From positions 84,692,001 to 84,756,000 of the forward strand of contig OX597819.1 in assembly GCA_951406725.2 (NCBI GenBank): 64,000 nucleotides of DNA, given 5' to 3'. The stretch comes from Octopus vulgaris. Lineage: Eukaryota. Numbering within the stretch: position 1 is the stretch's first letter; each line of letters opens with the position of its first letter. Below, in pieces: positions 11,830 through 24,829 of the stretch. Under the pieces are notes generated by a model. That model ran no database searches and had not been told where the DNA came from. It saw only the letters and a program-made list of their open reading frames with translations. The translations under genes were made by a program, and so were the position numbers.

Positions 11830-14800
11830 AAAAGCTATGCATGAGAGTGAGTGTCAAAGAGTATGGTAAATATATAAAGAGAGATAGATTGACAGGAGAG
11901 TTGTTGATCAAAATCTGCCATCCACCTGGATAGACACCTCTCTCTCTGTGGCCCCAACAGAGATGGAGTGTTGCTCACACTCCCTCCTCCTTTGTTGTAC
12001 AACAACTCAATGATCCTGTGGACATCCAAGACATGATGCAGCATTCCATCCACTAAAACATTGTTTCAAGAATTCACATCTCTTTCTTCTTCAAGTCGCT
12101 GTGATACCATACACAAATGTTGTCTTTCATATCTGAATATCACAATGTGTGACACCAACTCCTCGTCCTATCCTGACCAGGTTGACATATACCAAAACAC
12201 TGCTTCAGTTAGTGAGATTTATCCCCTCTATCATAGCTTTCATCGTGTGATGGCGTCTCTCTCCACAATCCCATTTCCACTTATATACCACTCTAAAAAA
12301 GCAGTTCACATTCTGCATCAAGCATTTCCTTCAGCACCTCTGAGTGAAATGCAATACTATTGTCCATTAGCAATTCATCCACAGAGCCCTGCTCCAGGAA
12401 TATCTCATTCAGGATTCATACAACTTCATCTGCTCTCCCTGTTTTGATTTCCTTTCGTATTGCCATCCACCCCAGTTCACAGCTGACCATCAAGAGATAC
12501 GTCTCCTGCCAGTAATATGTCACATCCACTGCCAATTGATTCCAGTTGTACTTCACTGGAATGTTTCCTACCTCATGCATGCCTGGAGTGGGGTGGATGG
12601 ATTGACACCTGTCACAACTCCTAACCACTTTCTGAATGCTTTAGTAACGTTGAAGTCAACTTTCCTGGCTAGATACAGGGTCCTATCTACTCCCATATGA
12701 TGCATGATATGCAATTTCCTTAGCTCCGAGTCACTCAGCCAACACACTACAGCTGTCTTCCATTCCATATCCTCTGGCACTTTCAACAAGGCTTTTTTTC
12801 ACCCTGGTTAGGATGTCTGCCTTAGTCCAATCCAAGGGCACAAAGACTGCACTCAACTTCAAACCAAATTCAGCAGCTCACTCTCCCAGAATCCCTAGCT
12901 GGCATTCTATTAATATTCCCACTACCCTTCTCATCGGTGATCCCTAATCCCATCCATCCAAGCACATTGGCCAAATTGATTCAAATTTCAATAGTACACA
13001 GCCCTCATCTCAAGGCTAGATTTACTCCTTTCAGCATTATGTTCAATTCAGCCACATTGATGTGGTTGCAATCAGTCATTTTCCTAAGCCAGACTGTATC
13101 CTCCACCTCAGTACCCCCTATTTCCAGAATGAGCCTTATTGTTATGCTACTAGCATCACACCATATGGTCCTGTTCTCCAATTTGAGCACATACCAGCTT
13201 CCTCTGGAAAGCTGGTATGTCCTCTTACTCCTTTCTAGGATCTCAGCCACCATCCTCTCCCTCCCACTTTTCTCCACCCAAGCTCACCCTGTCCAATTGT
13301 CTCTTGGTGTAGCTACATACCATTCAGAGCCAACCTGCATTTGGATAGTGACCCACCAGTTTCCCACACAGCGAGAACAGTGCTCATCTATTTGTGCTGG
13401 TACCCAGTTCCAGAATCTCATTTCCTCTCCAAAATATCAATACATCTACCTGGTCTCTTTGCAGCTTGAGCCCTAGTGCAGCTCCTCCTTCCATCACCGC
13501 TAGTGGTTTTGCAGTTAGTCAAACTTCTTTATTTCTTTATTGTCCACAAGGGACTAAATACAGAGGGGACAAACAAGGACAAAGGGATTAAGTCGATTAC
13601 ATCGACCCCAGTGTGTAACTGGTACTTAATTTATTGACCCCGAAAGGATGAAAGGCAAAGTCGACCTCGGTGGAATTTGAACTCAGAACGTAATGGCAGA
13701 CGAAATACCTATTTCTTTACTACCCACAAGGAGCTAAACACAGAGAGGACAAACAAGGACAGACAAATGGATTAAATCAATTATATTGACCCCAGTGCAT
13801 AACTGGTACTTATTTAATCGACCCCGAAAGGATGAAAGGCAAAGACGACCTCGGCAGAATTTGAACTCAGAACATAACAGCAGACGAAATGCTTGTAAGC
13901 ATTTCGCCCGGTATGCTAACGTTTCTGCCAGCTCGCCACCTTATGTTAGTCAAACTTCTTTAGGTGACCTATGACTTCTGTGGCCAACACCACACTCATG
14001 TCTACTAATATATTGTCAGTATAGGAGTTGGTGGCTTTTTTCATCTTGTCCACCTTTCCTAGATTAGACTTGAGAACCATCACCATGATCTTTGGTGCTG
14101 AATCAGCCTGGTCAAACAGTATGTTTGGCCCTTATAACTATAGGCTGATATGCCTATAGTTTCTCAGCAATTTGTAGCTGCAGATATATTGACCTCAAAT
14201 CAACAATTGTGGAAGCCCTCGTCATCTGTCTCCATTCTCACAATGTTTCCCAGCAGACTTTGGTAACCTTCCCACCCGTGTGGCATGATACATAGTCATT
14301 TAGCTCTTGGAAGTCCAGTACCAGCCTGACTTGATTTTCGTTGGCTGCACCACTACCATTAATGGCAACACTCTGCTCTTTACCACCTCCTTCCAAAAGA
14401 TTGAAATATTCTCCATCTCTCCCTCAAACTTGCACTTAGCAACACTCTTAAGAGTCTATCGGTAATAGCTTACCTTATTCTTCAATGTTGAGGGCCCTCC
14501 TTTCCCGTGCCACTCAACTGTCCACTGCTGACTTTCAAACACAGTCTGAAAATCTTTGTCTACAATTGTGTATGCAGCACATTTCTCTTCAGGGCTCTCA
14601 TGACTCCTCTGCAGCAGACTACTAAACATAAACCCATCTTTATGAATAGTGACATCTCCTTGGTGGCTGACCACATCCATACCCATTACTACATCATCTC
14701 CATCCACCACATGATCAATCACAATTACTCACAGCCTTATCCTTGTTCTCCTGCACCACCAACTCCACTTCACTGCTGCCTCTACATCTAATCTCTCTGC

Positions 14801-15945
14801 CATCAACTGCCTTTATGCTACTCATCCCATTCAACTTTTTAGCCATTTTTAGGGTTACTAAGATTGTTGTGCTACCCATATTCATAGGGACTTGTAATAC
14901 CTTCACCCCAACTAGAACCTTCACTATAAGCAGTGACTGTTTGAGTGCCTCTACTTGCTTGCAGGGATAGGTAGTAGCACAGTAATCCACCCACCACTCT
15001 TTTATTCCTTTCCCTGACTACAGTTGCTGGTGATATATCCTGTCTGTTTACACTGGAGCAAACTGGTTTGGGCTTCAGCTTTCTGAAATTCCTCACTATG
15101 AGGGTACCCCAACACCTAAAGCACTGGCCTTTAAATGATTCATGGCTATTCCACAAAGGCTCTTCTCTGCTCATCCTTCATTGATCACCACCTGTTCTGT
15201 AGGCTTCCTTAGCTGCTAGCACCACACCATTTTACCCTGCATTTTGCATTGACACACAGGCTTGAGCAATGAGTTTGCTCATAAACATGTTGTTGTTACC
15301 AGGCAGCTGTTGCAGCTGAATGAATATCTTGTCAAAAAGACCCTTCGTGAACACTAGCTGCACTACTTTTTCCAGGGCTTCCCCTGTAAATCCATTGAGT
15401 GTGGCCAACCTCTGAATTTCTGCTGCATACACATCTACCTACTCGCCCATCTACCACACCCTTCCTAGTTTGGCAAACACAGCATGTGACCCTTCCACAA
15501 ACTCTTTTTTAGGCACCATTCAATCTTCTTTGCTTCCAGTTGGTCTGCTTAGTTCATTTTGAAGTACAACACCAATGCATTTCCTTCCAAATACAGAACC
15601 ACGAGACCTGCCACATCTTCAATGCCTTGCAGCCTGGCCACCACTTCAATCTTCTGAATCCAGATGATAACATTCCCCTCACTACAGAACAGTCTAATGG
15701 CATCACTACCAATCCTTATTTTTGTTGACATATCATCCAGGAAAGGAGAACAAAAAAATGCACAAAGGCTGAAATAGCTTGTGGTATGGAGAAAAGAAAT
15801 GTAGCTCATCTACCTCATAGATCTTCTCATAATGTTGAACCTTTCTAGATGGGATATAGGATATATCCATAAGTGCCCTATCCTCCTAATCTCTGGCCAG
15901 AACCAAGCTGCAAATTCCCTGAGCCCCATACCTAGCCCCATACAT
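11830..15945 (-). mobile_element. Degenerate Gypsy-type LTR retrotransposon (gag-PR-RT-RNaseH-IN)
   Basis: Order on minus: gag (WIQKIEVVARLQGIEDVA), knuckle (GQCFRCWG), protease-like (VPMNMGSTT..DVVMGMD), RT (VRLVLDFQELNDY), RNase H (WCDASS..HINVAEL), integrase (HHMGVDRT..CDRCQS..WNQLAVDVT); purine tract AGAGAGAGAGG then TGT at 11936; many stops and frameshifts. Confidence 0.85.
13532..13944 (-). mobile_element. SINE family C nested in the LTR element, 18-bp TSD
   Basis: TSD GTTAGTCAAACTTCTTTA at 13514-13531 and 13945-13962; duplicated core as in 7024-7500. Confidence 0.9.
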
Positions 15946-16545
15946 ACATGTCTGATAGCTATCAGACACACACATACATGATGTAAGTATGTATGTACAT
16001 ATATATGTACGTATGTATGTATGTATGTATGTATTGTCCATTAAAGTTTATGAGCCAGAAAATTAAGCTTAATATATTTGTCTGTTGTTGATTAACTGCT
16101 GATCAGTCAATCTAACACACCTTTACGGTAAAAGGCATATCAGTAACAATTTGGCTGTTATTTCTTACCGAATGTGTAACTTCATAAAGTTGTTTAGCCC
16201 TGGTCAGTTCTGATCCAGTTGACCTATAATCAAAGCCATTCCACCTTTGACCATCATTCCATTTCATATTTTTCTGACAGCATAACCTGGACTACATTAT
16301 CCAATGCATCTTGCTTTTAAAATTGAAAAAAAAAAAAAAAAAATGGGAGGATGTATCATGAGGTAAATTTGGGCACTGAAAAAGACAAGATTGTCACATT
16401 TGAAACATAGGATGGTCACTGAATACTTTAAAAAAAAAACTGGATGAAATACATTTATCAACTCTTAATATATATTTATATAAAAATGGGATGGTCACAT
16501 TTCACACACTTAAAAAGATAGAATGGCCATAGTTGGGGAAAATCT

Positions 16546-16850
16546 TTAGAAAGAAGCTGGATTTGTTGGAAAAAAATCGCGATGAGAATGTAAGAAGTGC
16601 ATTTTAAGGGACATTCGGCATCCCATTCTTTCATACGCTGTTGTCATGTTGTTTATTAAATCAGCATAGTTTTCAGCTCTATGATTTCCAAGAAAGTTCT
16701 GTACAACGAACATGAATGAATCCCATGCTGTCAGCTCAACTGGATTTAGTTTACCTCTGAATTTGCTATCAGACATCAATTATGTGATCTTGGGTCCAAT
16801 GAAAATGCCTGCTTTCAGTTTTGCATCACTTTTCATTGCACCAAATTTTG
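16546..16850 (-). pseudogene. DNA transposase fragment, probably Chapaev3 (CMC) type
   Basis: KLKAGIFIGPKI*LMSD...AWDSFMFVVQNFLGNHRAENY...MGCRMSLKMHFLHSHRDFFP; superfamily assignment from recalled motifs. Confidence 0.7.
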
Positions 16851-17109
16851 CTGTCCAGTGAAGGCAGTGCTCCAGCATGGCCACAGTCACATGACTGAAA
16901 CAAGTCTAAGGATAAAATGATATGTAGATAAAAATCCAAAATGAGGTAGTGGAACAGGTAAAATCCAGGCTACATATGTTTCCTAGCTAGCAGATTCTCT
17001 GATGCAATAATTACTCAACAAGGGGAACCCAGCCAACTACTCATCAGACTGCCCAAAGCATACAAACTTCCTACACTTAGAGCCTTGGAGCTTACAATTA
17101 CATATTGAT

Positions 17110-17530
17110 ATATACTCTTTACTCTTTCACTCTTTTACTCTTTTACTTGTTTCAGTCATTTGACTGCAGCCATGCTGGAGCACCGCCTTTAGTCGAGCAA
17201 ATCGACCCCGGGACTTATTCTTTGTAAGCCCAGTACTTATTCTATCGGTCTCTTTTGCCGAACCGCTAAGTGACGGGGACGTAAACACGCCAGCATCAGT
17301 TGTCAAGCAATGCTAGGGGGGACAAACACAGACACACAAACATATACATATATATATACATATATACGACAGGCTTCTTTCAGTTTCTGTCTACCAAATC
17401 CACTCACAAGGCTTTGGTCGGCCCGAGGCTATAGTAGAAGACACTTGCCCAAGGTGCCACGCAGTGGGACTGAACCCGGACCATGTGGTTGGTAGACAGG
17501 CTACTTACCACACAGCCACTCCTGCGCCTA
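17110..17530 (-). mobile_element. Young full-length SINE family B
   Basis: Head GGCGCAGGAGTGGCTGTGTGGTAAG (A box)...GGTTCAGTCCC (B box), CORE-like GTGGCACCTTGGGCAAGTGTCTT, (AAAGAGT)n tail; CpGs retained. Confidence 0.9.
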
Positions 17531-17979
17531 TATATATATATATTTATATATATAGAGAGAGACAGACAGACAGAAAAGGTAGACAGGCAGACAGAGTAAC
17601 TCCTAGATTCAGCTGACTAATAAGGATGTGTGACTGTTAGTACCAAAAACTGTTATACTGACAGTAACCTCAGAATCATTTTGTACTGATTTTTTAAAGA
17701 AAAGCTTTTATATGATATGAACTACTGCACAATATATAATTTTAAAATTATCATAAAGAACATATAATTTTTATGTACCTTTTTTATTGTGTAGTTAAAG
17801 AGTATTTTGCTATAACCAATGTGAGTAGTTTTTATTCAGATCCTGAACATGTAGATGAAGTAGAATCCATCACCTGCAGACTCTTCTGAAAAGTACACAA
17901 ATTGTGACACTGGTAACATCTGCTTACTTGTAAACAAATGTTATTTATAGAATGCTGGAGTTGAAATATGAGTGGGAGT

Positions 17980-18800
17980 CAGAGAAGTTAATTCAACGAA
18001 AACATCCAGTCTCAATTGTTTCTCGTTCTGACGTCATTTCTTAATTACAGCTGCTCTGAACGGTTGAAAACGTTCGTAGTAAGGCTCAATCACAGAATCA
18101 AAAGATATTCCTATGTAGCAGATTGAAAATCAATTGTTTCTTGCTCTGACGTCATTTCTTAATTACGACTGTTCTAAATGGTTGAAAATGTTCATAGTAA
18201 GGCTCAATCACAGAATCAAAAGATATTCCTGTGTAACAGATGGTAATGTCCATGAGATTCCACATTCATAGTATGGTTGAAAATTTTCATAGTAAGGCTC
18301 AATCACAGAATCAAAAGATATTCCTATGTAACAGATGGTAATGTCCATGTGATTCCACATTCTATACAGTGTTGGCTGTTTTGGTGTAACTTCCTCCATC
18401 TCAGTGTCTTCCTGTTATCCTGCCTAGCTATGTAGAGCCTCATTCACAAATTCTTCATCAGTGAGGACTTGAAAGACAGGATCACCTTTATCAATTTAAA
18501 GCCATTCTTAAATATCACCATCATTTGTTTTTCAGGTGCCAGCATTTATAAAGGTATGCTGAAAGTCATTTCCTTCAAATCCTTCAAAATCCAAATCGGG
18601 TTGAAATATTATTCAATAACTTCTCCCAACAATTTGCTTATGTTGTAGCCTTCAACTCCTTCAAACCACCTACAAAGTTGACTCACAGATTCTGAAGTAT
18701 CCTGGTACTTTTGGTATTTTCTATATCTTCATCCTCCAACATAACCAAAAGAATTCTTGTCGGAACCAATTATCCTCTGGTACTTTTGATGAATAACTGA
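17980..18800 (-). mobile_element. Degenerate pogo/Tigger-like transposase 3' remnant with local triplication
   Basis: Unit tagtaaggctcaatcacagaatcaaaagatattcct occurs three times (about 18077, 18195, 18290); minus reading FDSVIEPYYE..KK*RQSKKQL resembles Tigger C-termini. Confidence 0.4.
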
Positions 18801-18809
18801 TAATGTATT

Positions 18810-19000
18810 AGGAGGCACATGGTTTAGTGGTTAGGGTGTTTGACTTAAACCATAAGGTCATGAGTTCAATTCCTGGCGATGTGTTGTGTTCTTGAGCAAG
18901 ACACTTTATTTCACATTGCTCAGCTGGCAAAAATGAGTAGTACTTGTATTTCAGAAGGCCAGTCTCATCACACTTTGTGTCATGCTGAATCTGCCTGAGT
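18810..19000 (+). mobile_element. tRNA-derived SINE 5' part (V-SINE-like)
   Basis: A box tggtttagtggttag, B box gagttcaattcc, tgtgttcttgagcaagacactt; similar decayed copy near 51825-52060. Confidence 0.65.
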
Positions 19001-19919
19001 TGTCTCACAATATGTCAACCTACCTTCTTTTTAGTTACAAATTATGGTCTGAAAAATTTGACTATTGTGCTGGAAAATATAGTATTAGGGTAAACCAGCC
19101 TGGCTACACCAATATCTTGCTGATTGCAGACTAATTATAGTAATTTTTTTTCTCACTCACACAACTGCCAGTCTATTTACCTAGCAACACAAGCATTTCT
19201 TCTCTTTCTGATGCAGGGTTGGTTCTACTAGAAATATTAGACTTCTCTTCTCTCTCATGACATAAGTTTTCTTTTTCTGTTTCAACTAATTATACAATAT
19301 TCTTGTTTATTAGTAATGATGTGTACTTCCATATTGTGTTATAACATTTTAATTTGATTGTCATATTTCCAGACAAAAATGCAGTGAATTTGTTACGAAA
19401 AAAAAAACCCAATCCTGTACATACGTACATACATACATGCATGCATACATGCACACACACACACACACATTTAATGTACAGTATATGGATTTATATAATC
19501 TAGTGGTAATCACAAAAACTCCTTTAGTGGACCTGGCTACAAACCACATAATAAATCAATATGAAGGAAAATAATGTAAACTCCTATGAGTTCAAATCCA
19601 GTAAATCCACTCCATGAAGATTATTTCATGGGGAATATATAGAATATAAAAAAAGTCAGGATAAGTGTGTATGTGTGTGTGTTTTATAATTTTGTGTGGG
19701 AGCCAAAACAATACAAGTTATAAGAAATAATACATGCTGATCTCAGAGTAGCTGGCATTAGGAAGGGCATCCTGCTGTACAGACCTTGCCAGATCAGATT
19801 GGAGCCTGATGAAGCCTACTGGCTTGCCAGTCCTCAGTCAAACTGTCCAACCCATGCCAGCATGGATAGCAGATGTTAAATGATGATAATGATGATGGTG
19901 ATATATATATATATATATA

Positions 19920-20354
19920 TGTAAAAAATAATGTGTTTTGAATAGCACAACAATGCACTAGAATAACAACAATGAACTTATAATAACTTTTAAATTTAAT
20001 TTGCCAAAATATTTTCGGTGCTTTGAGACCGTGACCTGTTCACTGACAAAATTAAATATAAATATTGAAGTAAATCTAACGGTTTTTGTGTGTTTCTTAA
20101 ATTGCTTATAAACACCTTCCACACTGCAATTATTTTTGTTCCAGCACACGATCTCAGATCAGGTCACTTACTATGCAAGTACATCTCTGTAACTATAATA
20201 ACTGTTATAATTTAATCTTCCATAGTTTGATATAATATTTCGGGATATAAAAATTCCTTCTTCAGATATTCCTAGGAATTGATCGAGTCACTGCTAAATC
20301 ATAACAGTTATTATAGTCCATTGTTGTGCTATTCAAAACACATTATTTTTTACA
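19920..20354. repeat. Fold-back element with ~48-bp inverted arms, probably Penelope-derived
   Basis: tgtaaaaaataatgtgttttgaatagcacaacaatg / cattgttgtgctattcaaaacacattattttttaca; hammerhead-like core on minus at 20226-20270. Confidence 0.7.
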
Positions 20355-20382
20355 AACAATACACAATGCTTCAAGCGAACTA

Positions 20383-23090
20383 CAGTGGTTCTCAAACTAG
20401 AGGCCATGGTCCCCTAGGGCAGTGCTACTGAAAGTTGTGGTCCGCAAGCCATCAGCTACCGGTACATTGGAAAAGAAAACTGCCAGTATGTCACATGAAA
20501 TAGTTTAAGAACCACTGTCCTAGGGGACTGCAAAGCAATTTTAAGGGGACTGCGAAAGGATGCTGAAGTAATTGCTAATCACACTTGTACATCAAGTGCG
20601 ATTGGACAATGGAAAATGTGGGTGTAACATGATCATGCATGTGCTGTTGGTATTCTACGTTCACATGATTCACCACTCCACTATTGCAATCCACATGTTT
20701 GTATGTCTCTTGCCATTGTTATCCTTGCTGGTGCATGTTCCCACATGACCTTGCCCTTTGCCAGATACTCATTCTCATCCTGCATGATGGCTGGGCTTTA
20801 TAAGGCATGGTTGTTTTTCATGGTAGTGTGCTCTGACAGAACTGTCTTCTCAACAGTTATCATTGATTCACAGAGGTTTATCTATGGACAAAACAATGTT
20901 CACATGCACTTTGGATTTCTTCCATAATTAATAGTGAGAGCTTTATTGTTAATTAGTGCATCCAAAAGCTAGCTACACTAAGGCATATATGCACACTTAA
21001 AGTGTATAATAAATTCGAAATAAATATACAATCTAGTTGCATTAAATTGGTTTACTGAATTTTGTCATTTTTTTTATAATACCTCAAAAAAGGAAAATGG
21101 AGTGATAAAGTCTGGTGGAGAAGGAAACTACAGAGCATTCTGTGCTCTGAGGATTTGTCGTCTACTTCACTAAAGCTCAGCAAGTTGAAATGAAACATCC
21201 CAGTTCAATAAATAGAGATATCGACTTCTTCAGATGTGAAGCCAACAGATTGACAAAATCCAGACTTGATGACATGGGAATGCTTTTACTGGACATTACA
21301 GCTGATTTGAAAGCATCTTATTAGGCTACAGAGAAAATAGCTGTTGCTAAAATGCCCCACAATAATGGCAAAGAGTTGATATTGTCTTGCCACAAAGTTA
21401 TCATATCAAATGTACTAGGAAGTTCTGAACTTCAGAAGCTGAAGCATATCTCTCTCTCAAACAGTACTGTTACTAGGCAAATAACTGAGCTGTCTGATAA
21501 CATTTTGTCACAGTTGATTTCTAAAATTCACAATTCGCTTTGAATTATTTCATGATCCAGCTTGATGAAATGACAGATGTTTCCAACTTAGCCTAACTTT
21601 GCATCTTTGTACATTATGTACATAACAATTACATGGAGGACGAATTCCTGTTTTGCGAAACCCTCAGCACTGAAACAATCGCAAGGAAAATATTTAACAA
21701 AGTGGACAAATCTTTTGAGGCACATGATATCAACTGGGAGCATGTCACTGATGGTGTTCCAGAGATGCTTGGCTGCTGTTATCCCCAACTGCTATTGATA
21801 AACACTGCACAATTTATCAACAAGCACTAATGAAGAAAACCATGCCTGATGAGTTAAAAAATGTTCTGAATTATGCAATTACAGCAGTGAACTTCACCAA
21901 AGTGAACACATTCCACTCCCGTCTGTTTTCGAAGTTGTGCAAAGAAAGTGATTCTGAATTTGAAACACAAGTGAGATGGCTTTCGAGATGAAAAACAATA
22001 AAGAGGATCTACCTTCTACAAAAAGGAGTCCATGATTTTTTGCAAGCCAGATTTGCATGCCAAAATTCTCTGATGTTCGTTTTCTGATCTGCTTGGCATT
22101 TTTGCTGGTCATATTTGAGTCAGTGAATGCCATCAATCTTTCACTGCAAGGGAAAAATATAATCATGTTTCATTCTCATGAAAAACTGCTTTCAAAATGA
22201 AGCTTGAACTTTGGCACCCAAAGTTGGATAGAAAGAACTTTGCATCGTTTACTGAACTAAACATGTTTATTGATGAAAACGAGGTTCAAGTCAATGATGA
22301 TATTATTGAACTCATGAAACAACATGTCAATACTTGGCAGGGAAAGAATTTCTTTATTTTCCTGATCTTCGTGACTTTGACAAACACTTCCACTTTATCA
22401 GGAACCCCTTTGTACTCTCTGTTAGCGATCTGCCAACAGAAGACAATTTAATTCGAGAGCAGTTCATTGATTTGGTCAATGATGGAGGTGCAAAATGTTT
22501 TTTCTGTGAAATGTGCTGTTCTGACTTTTGGATTGAAATGACACGGTCATATCCTGATGCCGCAAGGATGTCTCTTAAAGTACTGATGCTATTTCCAACC
22601 ACCTATGAGTGTGAGGTCATGTTTCCTACTTTCCTTGCCATGAAAACAAAGTCATGAAATTGACTGGATGTCACGCCAGAAATGAAGGTTGCCCTCTCCA
22701 AAAGAGAGCTGAACATAGAAGAGCTGGTTACTTTGCTGTAAATAAAATGACAGATGGTCTGCTTTTGTGAATAAATAATTTCTTATATAATTTTTTTTGT
22801 TGTCATGTTATGTATCAGGGATTCAGGAAAAAGGACGGCAAACTTTCAGTGGAGGAAGAGAAGATGGTATTTCTACTAAAATTGTGGTTTTCTGTGCATA
22901 CTAGTGGCCCAATTGACAGAAACTTCTATACATTTTGGGATGCTATTAAAATTCTTCTGCTGAAAATAGGTAAACTAGTTGAAATGCACCTCTTGGATAA
23001 TCAATAAGAGGAATGACCTAACAATAGGGAGGAATAGCATCCCAAACATAGTAAAAGGGGAAGGTGATGCCAAAAGTTTGAGAACCAGTC
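20383..23090 (+). mobile_element. hAT (Buster/Charlie, ZBED5/SCAND3-like) transposon, degenerate, both TIRs present
   Basis: TIR CAGTGGTTCTCAAACT (20383) / AGTTTGAGAACCAGTC (23075-23090); peptides KLKHISLSNSTVTRQI, QLDEMTDVS, EFLFCETL, TDGVPEMLG, FWIEM..YP..LKVLMLFPTTYECE. Confidence 0.9.
20420..20517. mobile_element. 98-bp hAT MITE nested in the left end of the larger hAT
   Basis: CAGTGCTACTGAAAGT...AGTTTAAGAACCACTG flanked by 8-bp TSD CCCTAGGG (20412-20419) / TCCTAGGG (20518-20525). Confidence 0.7.
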
Positions 23091-23103
23091 ATGTACATAT
23101 ATA

Positions 23104-23147
<44 letters not shown>

Positions 23148-24452
23148 TCTGGTGTTTGAACTGTGGTTTCTGTCTGCTGAATGGGCAAAAATGGATCTTA
23201 TGCAGTTGTTAATACAGAATACTGGGGATATTTTCGAACTGTTTTTGTTTCTGTAACCAATCGATCAACTGATTCCCCATATTTCCATGTGTATTTATTA
23301 TATCCCAATAGGACATTGCATGGATTAAGTTGTGGTTTTCAGGGTTGTGGGTCTATGGGCAGACTGTTCAATCTGATTGCCCCCAAAAAAGTCTAAGCTA
23401 AGAGCATTAAATCTTTTGTAAGAAATGTGTACAACAAAGACAAAGAACAGAGAACATGATACACAATTTGTACAGTTTGTGGAACTCATCACTATTTATA
23501 GCTCCAGGTTCCCAGTCAACTTACACCAGGGAAACCCACCCCCACCCGACCTAAGAATTATTTTTTCCCTAGTTTTGTTTTGAGGTGCTATCAACTAATC
23601 TCCCCACCTAATGTGGTTTGTGTGTGTTTATGAGAGAGAGAGAGGGGGGGATTGCAATATCAGAGCTGATCTGGGACTGATCAACAAAAGTCTTCAGTTA
23701 CACCAATAATTTTGCAGTTTGTGGAACTTATCACTATTTATAGCTTAATGAGAGTGGAGATGGTCAAAACAGCAGAAGCTCAACAGAATCGAGTTCAAAT
23801 GTCATAGTAGGTGTCAAGATGATACTAGGCAAGTATTTACTATGTTACAACAATCAGTATTATATTCAACTAGGATATCATTTTTGCCAGGTTTTATGGG
23901 CAGCTTTGTGAGTGGAATACAAGCTATAAAAACCTGTTAAAAGGTTGTTCTCTTTTTTCATTCAGTGTTAAGTATCACAAGACTAATCTATGAATCAACA
24001 TTAAATTATCTCACAGAAGTGCAATAAAAAGTCAGTTTCATTTTTCCAGATTACAAACATCCTTAATAAATGCTTAACCTACTCTACTTTCATTAGAAAA
24101 CTTGTTGGTACTCAGTCTCATTTCAGCCCAATATGAGCAGAACTATTATTATCACAGTGATCTCAATGGTCATTTTGTCTTTTCATACATCTATGATTAC
24201 ATTCATCAATATTTTCCATTTTTTTCTTTTTAACCCTTTCATTACTACAATTCTGCTGAAACACACAGCCTTTTATTTCAATTCATTTTAAAAATAATGA
24301 TTAATTTAGTAATATAACTTAGGCATTACTGAGTTAGGATATAAATCAACATGAGATGTTAATGGAAAGTTATAATTTAAATCATTTTAAGTATTAAGTT
24401 TGTATCGTATAACCAGAAGTGGTTTTTAAGGGGGTTAGCATCAAAAGATCAT

Positions 24453-24655
24453 TATTATCATCATTTAACATTAGGTTTCCATGCTGGCGTGGGTTGGACA
24501 CCATGACAGAATCAGGCAAGACCAGGGCCTGCACCACATTCCAGTCTGTTTTGGTCTGGTTTCTACAGCTGGATACCCTTTCTAACACCAACCACTTTAC
24601 AGAATGTACTGGGTGCTTTTTATATGGCACCAGTGGTTTTTACACAGCACCTTGA
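24453..24655 (-). mobile_element. Older SINE family A copy
   Basis: catcatttaacattaggtttccatgctggcgtgggttggac...ctacagctggatacccttt. Confidence 0.7.
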
Positions 24656-24829
24656 TTTTATGATGTTAGAATTAAAAGTAGAGTTTGGTTCAAGGGAGAT
24701 TTATGCAACTACCTGTTTTTCTAGCAGTTATCATGAATTACCGTGCAGATGTTCCCTTGTTGACTATAGAAAAGTTTCTTTCCAGGCTTAGTTATAAGAC
24801 AGTTGTCAAGTTCAGCATTGCAGATCAAT

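Noticed and set aside
12061-14970. Plus-strand ORFs of 65-179 aa
   Set aside because: Antisense shadows of the degenerate LTR retrotransposon
17460-17530. tRNA genes at A/B-box motifs (also 7450-7500, 18815-18880)
   Set aside because: No complete cloverleaf; they continue into SINE bodies
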